Positions 60,697 through 64,000 of a DNA stretch of 64,000 nucleotides are shown here, in pieces (the stretch's first letter is position 1; every line of letters begins with the position of its first letter). Position numbers and translations under genes: made by a program. Origin of the DNA: Anolis carolinensis (taxonomy: Eukaryota); contig NW_026943820.1 in assembly GCF_035594765.1 (NCBI RefSeq), positions 13,214,647-13,278,646 of the forward strand, read 5' to 3'. The notes beneath the pieces were generated by a model. It saw only the letters and a program-made list of their open reading frames with translations, searched no databases and was not told the origin of the DNA.

Positions 60697-61066
60697 ATGG
60701 TAAGTGTTGTTAAAACGGGACCTACTACTGCTTTGAAATGGGATGAGCTTTTAAAACTAACGTGGCTGCTTTCTCCTTACTCTTCATTTATAGGTTACTT
60801 AGTTTTTCAGTTCTCTCTGAGTGAGATTCAAGGGGATTTTGGAACAAAATAATAAAAATATCCTTGAGATGTGGAAAGGAATGAAAGGCTTTGTAATGAA
60901 TATGCGAGTAAAAGGAAAATGTGGCAATTTATACATGTTAAGATTTTTGAATAGGAGGTTGGTGGCTTGTCCATGGTTTCAGGCACTGGGGATGACTCTT
61001 CAACGGGTTTGGTTATTTAGTTTAAACTGTCCAAGGTACGGAACCTATTTTGGAATCGGGGCTCAG
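60697..61066 (+). other. Start of array copy 8 (ATG exon and beginning of intron 1), interrupted by an LTR element
   Basis: Matches the unit up to GGGGCTCAG at 61066, then switches to LTR sequence. Confidence 0.85.
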
Positions 61067-61665
61067 TGTCAGGCTCACTTCAAAGGACCAGTCTGAACGC
61101 AGATCAGAGATAGCTGCTCTGAAATCCAATCTTTATTGAAGAATACATGACTTTGGAAAAGTCGAGAATGACCTAATGTTTACATACACTCATTTTTATC
61201 ACCTCTGATGCAACGTAACACCACACGCAAATATCATCATCAAACCCCACCCTTTGTATCACATTTCTACTATCCCCACACACTATACCAATTATAATTG
61301 TTTATACTTTCAACCCTGAGTTCCCAGGCTCATTCTATCTTCTTCTGCTCATTCTATCTTCTTCTGCCAGGTGCTTCCAGGGTTATTTATGTTATGACTC
61401 CAAGTCCAGGGCTTGGAACTTCAGCCCTGGGACTTGGTTCCATGACATGGCGCCCTCTTTTTCTTCGTCCTCCTCTTCGGTTCTTCTTTCATCACAATCC
61501 TGAAATAAATCAAACAATAACTCTATGTGTCCATTTTGTCCAAAGTCCCCATATACTTTTTCAGTAAGCTGCGATGGAATACTGGGTGTATTTTCCCTAA
61601 ACTTTTTGGCAATGCCAAGTGGAAAGTTACTTCATTGATAACACCCTGTATTCTGAATGGTCCAA
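61067..61665 (-). mobile_element. Gypsy element B (relative of element A): 3' LTR 61067-61447, PPT and integrase C-terminus
   Basis: Reverse complement resembles the element A LTR and encodes [37 protein letters not shown]. Confidence 0.9.
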
Positions 61666-64000
61666 TGTCCGCTCACCACAGCCGCTCCTGAATGAACACA
61701 CGAGACTCTCTGTGTTATCACCAGAAACTTTTACTGTAGGAAACATGAACATCAAAAAAGCCAAGAATGGGAGGCTCCGGCCAACCATCCTTTATATACC
61801 CTCCCCCTCATTTGAAAAGTCTCTTCCCGCTCAGCAAAACCCCGCGCAAATTCCCCGCCAAGTCCAGCAGCCGTTTCTTCTCCGAGTCCTGAGTCGCAGG
61901 TGTCTTATCAATGTCAGTGACCCTGAAACTCAGAGCCACATCCAGGCTCTAGTAGCAGGGTTCTGACATGGCGTCCTCCTCCCCTTCGTCCTGGAAGGAA
62001 AAGATTAAACACAACTATTGTTCTCCGCTGTCCAGAGTTCCTTTATACTTTTTTAACAGGCTGCAATGGAATACCGGGTGTACCTTTCCTAGGTCCTTGG
62101 GTAGCCTCAGCTCATAGGTCACTTCGTTTATTCTTTTTGCTACCCTGAACGGCCCTATATAGCGTGGAGCCAATTTTTTAGATGGGAACCCCAATTTCAG
62201 GTTTTTTGTGCTCAGCCAAACCAGATCCCCTTCGCCCAATTTGTCCCCCTCTCGGCGCCTACGATCGGCAAAGAGCTTGTACTTCTTTTGTGTTTCCCGC
62301 AATGCCTCCACCACGGTCTGCCACCCTTGCTTAATTTTGGCCGGCCATTCCTTGTCGGTCTGGCCCTCTCCTTCCTTCCACTCGGGTAGCCTGGGGAAAG
62401 GTGCCACCTCCTGTCCGTATACTATTTCGAATGGGGCACGACCTGTGGCCGAATGTACGGCCCCGTTAAAAGCCATCTCAGCAAACGGAAGAAGGTCCGC
62501 CCAATCGTCCTGTCTATAATTGGTGTACATCCTCAAGAATTGGCACAGTGTTTGTTGGGTGCGTTCGACTCCCCCGTTGGTTGCGGGATGAAAAGCCGAG
62601 CTCAGGTTCCTTTCTGCTCCTAACAGCTGTAAGAATTTTCCCCAAAATTTTGCAGTAAATTGGACTCCCCGGTCGCTAATTATTTTGTCGGGACACCCAT
62701 GTAGGCGATATACATGCTTCACATACAAATCAGCAAGTTTTTCAGCTGAGGGGAGTTTCGGCAGGGCCACAAAGTGTGCCTGTTTTGAGAATAGGTCCAA
62801 TATTGTCCAAATGTATCTGTGGCCTCTGCTGGGGGGTAGTTCGCCTACAAAATCCATGGCCACGCATTCCCATGGCCTCATGGGCTCCACCACCTTCTGC
62901 AATAGCCCCTGGGGCTTCCCCGGTGGTGTTTTTCCCTCTGCACATAATTCACACTGCGTGACGTACCCCCTGGCGTCTTTCCTCATTCCGGGCCACCAGC
63001 ATTGTTTGGCCAACAGTTTAATAGTCCTGGTGGGGCCTAGATGACCCGCACCCTTGTTATCGTGGCACTTCCTTAACATTTCTCGTCTTAAACATTCAGG
63101 AATATACAATTTCTTATTTACAAACACCAAATCCCCACACAATTCTCCCTTTTCCTTGTTAGTTTGTAACCATTTGTCCATTCCATACGCTCGCTTCAAC
63201 TCTTCCTCCCATATTTCTCCTCCCCCCGTGGAAATGGCAGTACGTTTGTTTTCTTTGGCCGCTTGTGCTCGAGTTAGTACTGCCAGGCCCCACTGCTTAT
63301 CTAGGAACAGGCTCCCTTCAGATTCCTGAATTCCTCCCCCGTGCTGAGGCATCCGAGAGAGAGCGTCAGCGAGTATGTTATGTTTCCCCTGGAAGAATCT
63401 GAGTCTGAAATCAAAACGGCTGAAATATTGGGCCCATCTAATTTGCTTCGCTGATAGTTTACGAGGGGATCTTAGATACTGTAAATTTCTATGATCAGTC
63501 CACACCTCAAACGGTGTTCCACTTCCTTCCAGAAAGTGTCTCCAGCACTCTAGTGCTTTTAGAATCGCTAAGGCTTCTCTCTCCCAAATCGGCCAGTTTT
63601 TTTCTGTATCGCTAAACTTTTTTGACAGATAGCCACATGGCTTCAGGTTCCCCCCCTCGTCTTTCTGCAGCAGAACTGCCCCATATGCCCGGTCTGACGC
63701 ATCGCAATGTAGTACAAAGGCCTTAGACATATCAGGGTGCTGTAGGACAGGTTCCTCAGTAAAACGCTTTTTAAGGGCTTCGAAAGCTTCCTGGCATTCT
63801 ATTGTCCATGTCAGTTTGGCCCCTGGGGCCTTCACTTTGGCTGTTTCTCCCCTGCCTTTAGTTTTTAACAAATCCGTTAATGGCAAAGTGAGGCGCGCAA
63901 AGTCCTTGATAAATGTTCTATAGAAGTTTGCGAACCCTAGGAAGGATTGCAGCTGCTTCCGTGTTTTGGGGGCTTCCCACCCCCTCACGTCTTCCACCTT
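61666..64000 (-). mobile_element. Gypsy element C nested in element B: 3' LTR 61666-61968, PPT and pol; runs off the window
   Basis: Distinct 303-bp TGT...ACA LTR interrupts the integrase GPF region of B. Confidence 0.9.
62015..64000 (-). CDS. Pol of element C (RT connection, RNase H, integrase), 5'-partial
   Basis: Open frame of at least 660 aa, collinear with element A Pol: [34 protein letters not shown]. Confidence 0.93.
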   Translation of the reverse strand, partial: KVEDVRGWEAPKTRKQLQSFLGFANFYRTFIKDFARLTLPLTDLLKTKGRGETAKVKAPGAKLTWTIECQEAFEALKKRFTEEPVLQHPDMSKAFVLHCDASDRAYGAVLLQKDEGGNLKPCGYLSKKFSDTEKNWPIWEREALAILKALECWRHFLEGSGTPFEVWTDHRNLQYLRSPRKLSAKQIRWAQYFSRFDFRLRFFQGKHNILADALSRMPQHGGGIQESEGSLFLDKQWGLAVLTRAQAAKENKRTAISTGGGEIWEEELKRAYGMDKWLQTNKEKGELCGDLVFVNKKLYIPECLRREMLRKCHDNKGAGHLGPTRTIKLLAKQCWWPGMRKDARGYVTQCELCAEGKTPPGKPQGLLQKVVEPMRPWECVAMDFVGELPPSRGHRYIWTILDLFSKQAHFVALPKLPSAEKLADLYVKHVYRLHGCPDKIISDRGVQFTAKFWGKFLQLLGAERNLSSAFHPATNGGVERTQQTLCQFLRMYTNYRQDDWADLLPFAEMAFNGAVHSATGRAPFEIVYGQEVAPFPRLPEWKEGEGQTDKEWPAKIKQGWQTVVEALRETQKKYKLFADRRRREGDKLGEGDLVWLSTKNLKLGFPSKKLAPRYIGPFRVAKRINEVTYELRLPKDLGKVHPVFHCSLLKKYKGTLDSGEQ

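Larger units (their letters stand above)
3822..61066 (+). repeat. Tandem segmental array, ~7.03-7.07 kb core unit, 7 full copies plus a partial 8th
   Basis: Landmark CATGGTAAGT has its ATG at 4186, 11655, 18704, 25777, 32813, 39847, 52534, 60697; spacings 7469, 7049, 7073, 7036, 7034, 12687 (with Gypsy), 8163 (with CR1); the ORF track repeats accordingly. Confidence 0.98.

Noticed and set aside
3822-61066. Whole array as an assembly artefact
   Set aside because: Copies carry distinct SNPs, indels and TE insertions with clean empty sites; the exact copy number still needs long-read confirmation

Overview
Eukaryotic genomic DNA; the repeat content (R4/Dong, L1, L2, CR1, Tf1/sushi-type Gypsy, hAT and Tc1/mariner MITEs) points to a squamate reptile, probably an Anolis-like lizard (inference). 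The window opens with coding exon 1 of a histamine H3-type receptor gene (minus strand, 594-852) and a patch of LINE fragments. From ~3.8 kb to ~61 kb lies a head-to-tail array of a ~7.0-7.1 kb unit: seven complete copies and the start of an eighth. Each unit carries the last six exons of CHD2, with introns, encoding the CHCT/DUF4208 helical domain and the His/Arg/Asp-rich tail but no chromodomains, ATPase or SANT/SLIDE. These exons sit behind a candidate new 5' end (CCAAT cluster, 26-bp minisatellite, ATG directly followed by GTAAGT). Spliced by hand, copy 2 gives an open 423-aa frame; copies 3-7 give 431-455 aa, each assuming no stop in an N-run over an Ala-Pro/poly-Pro repeat. Copy 1 is disrupted by a MITE at a splice donor. 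Copy 6 holds an intact Gypsy element with apparently identical LTRs, a self-priming PBS and a candidate spliced gag mRNA. Copy 7 holds a CR1, and copy 8 is broken by two nested Gypsy elements. All homology calls rest on recognition of motifs, not database searches.
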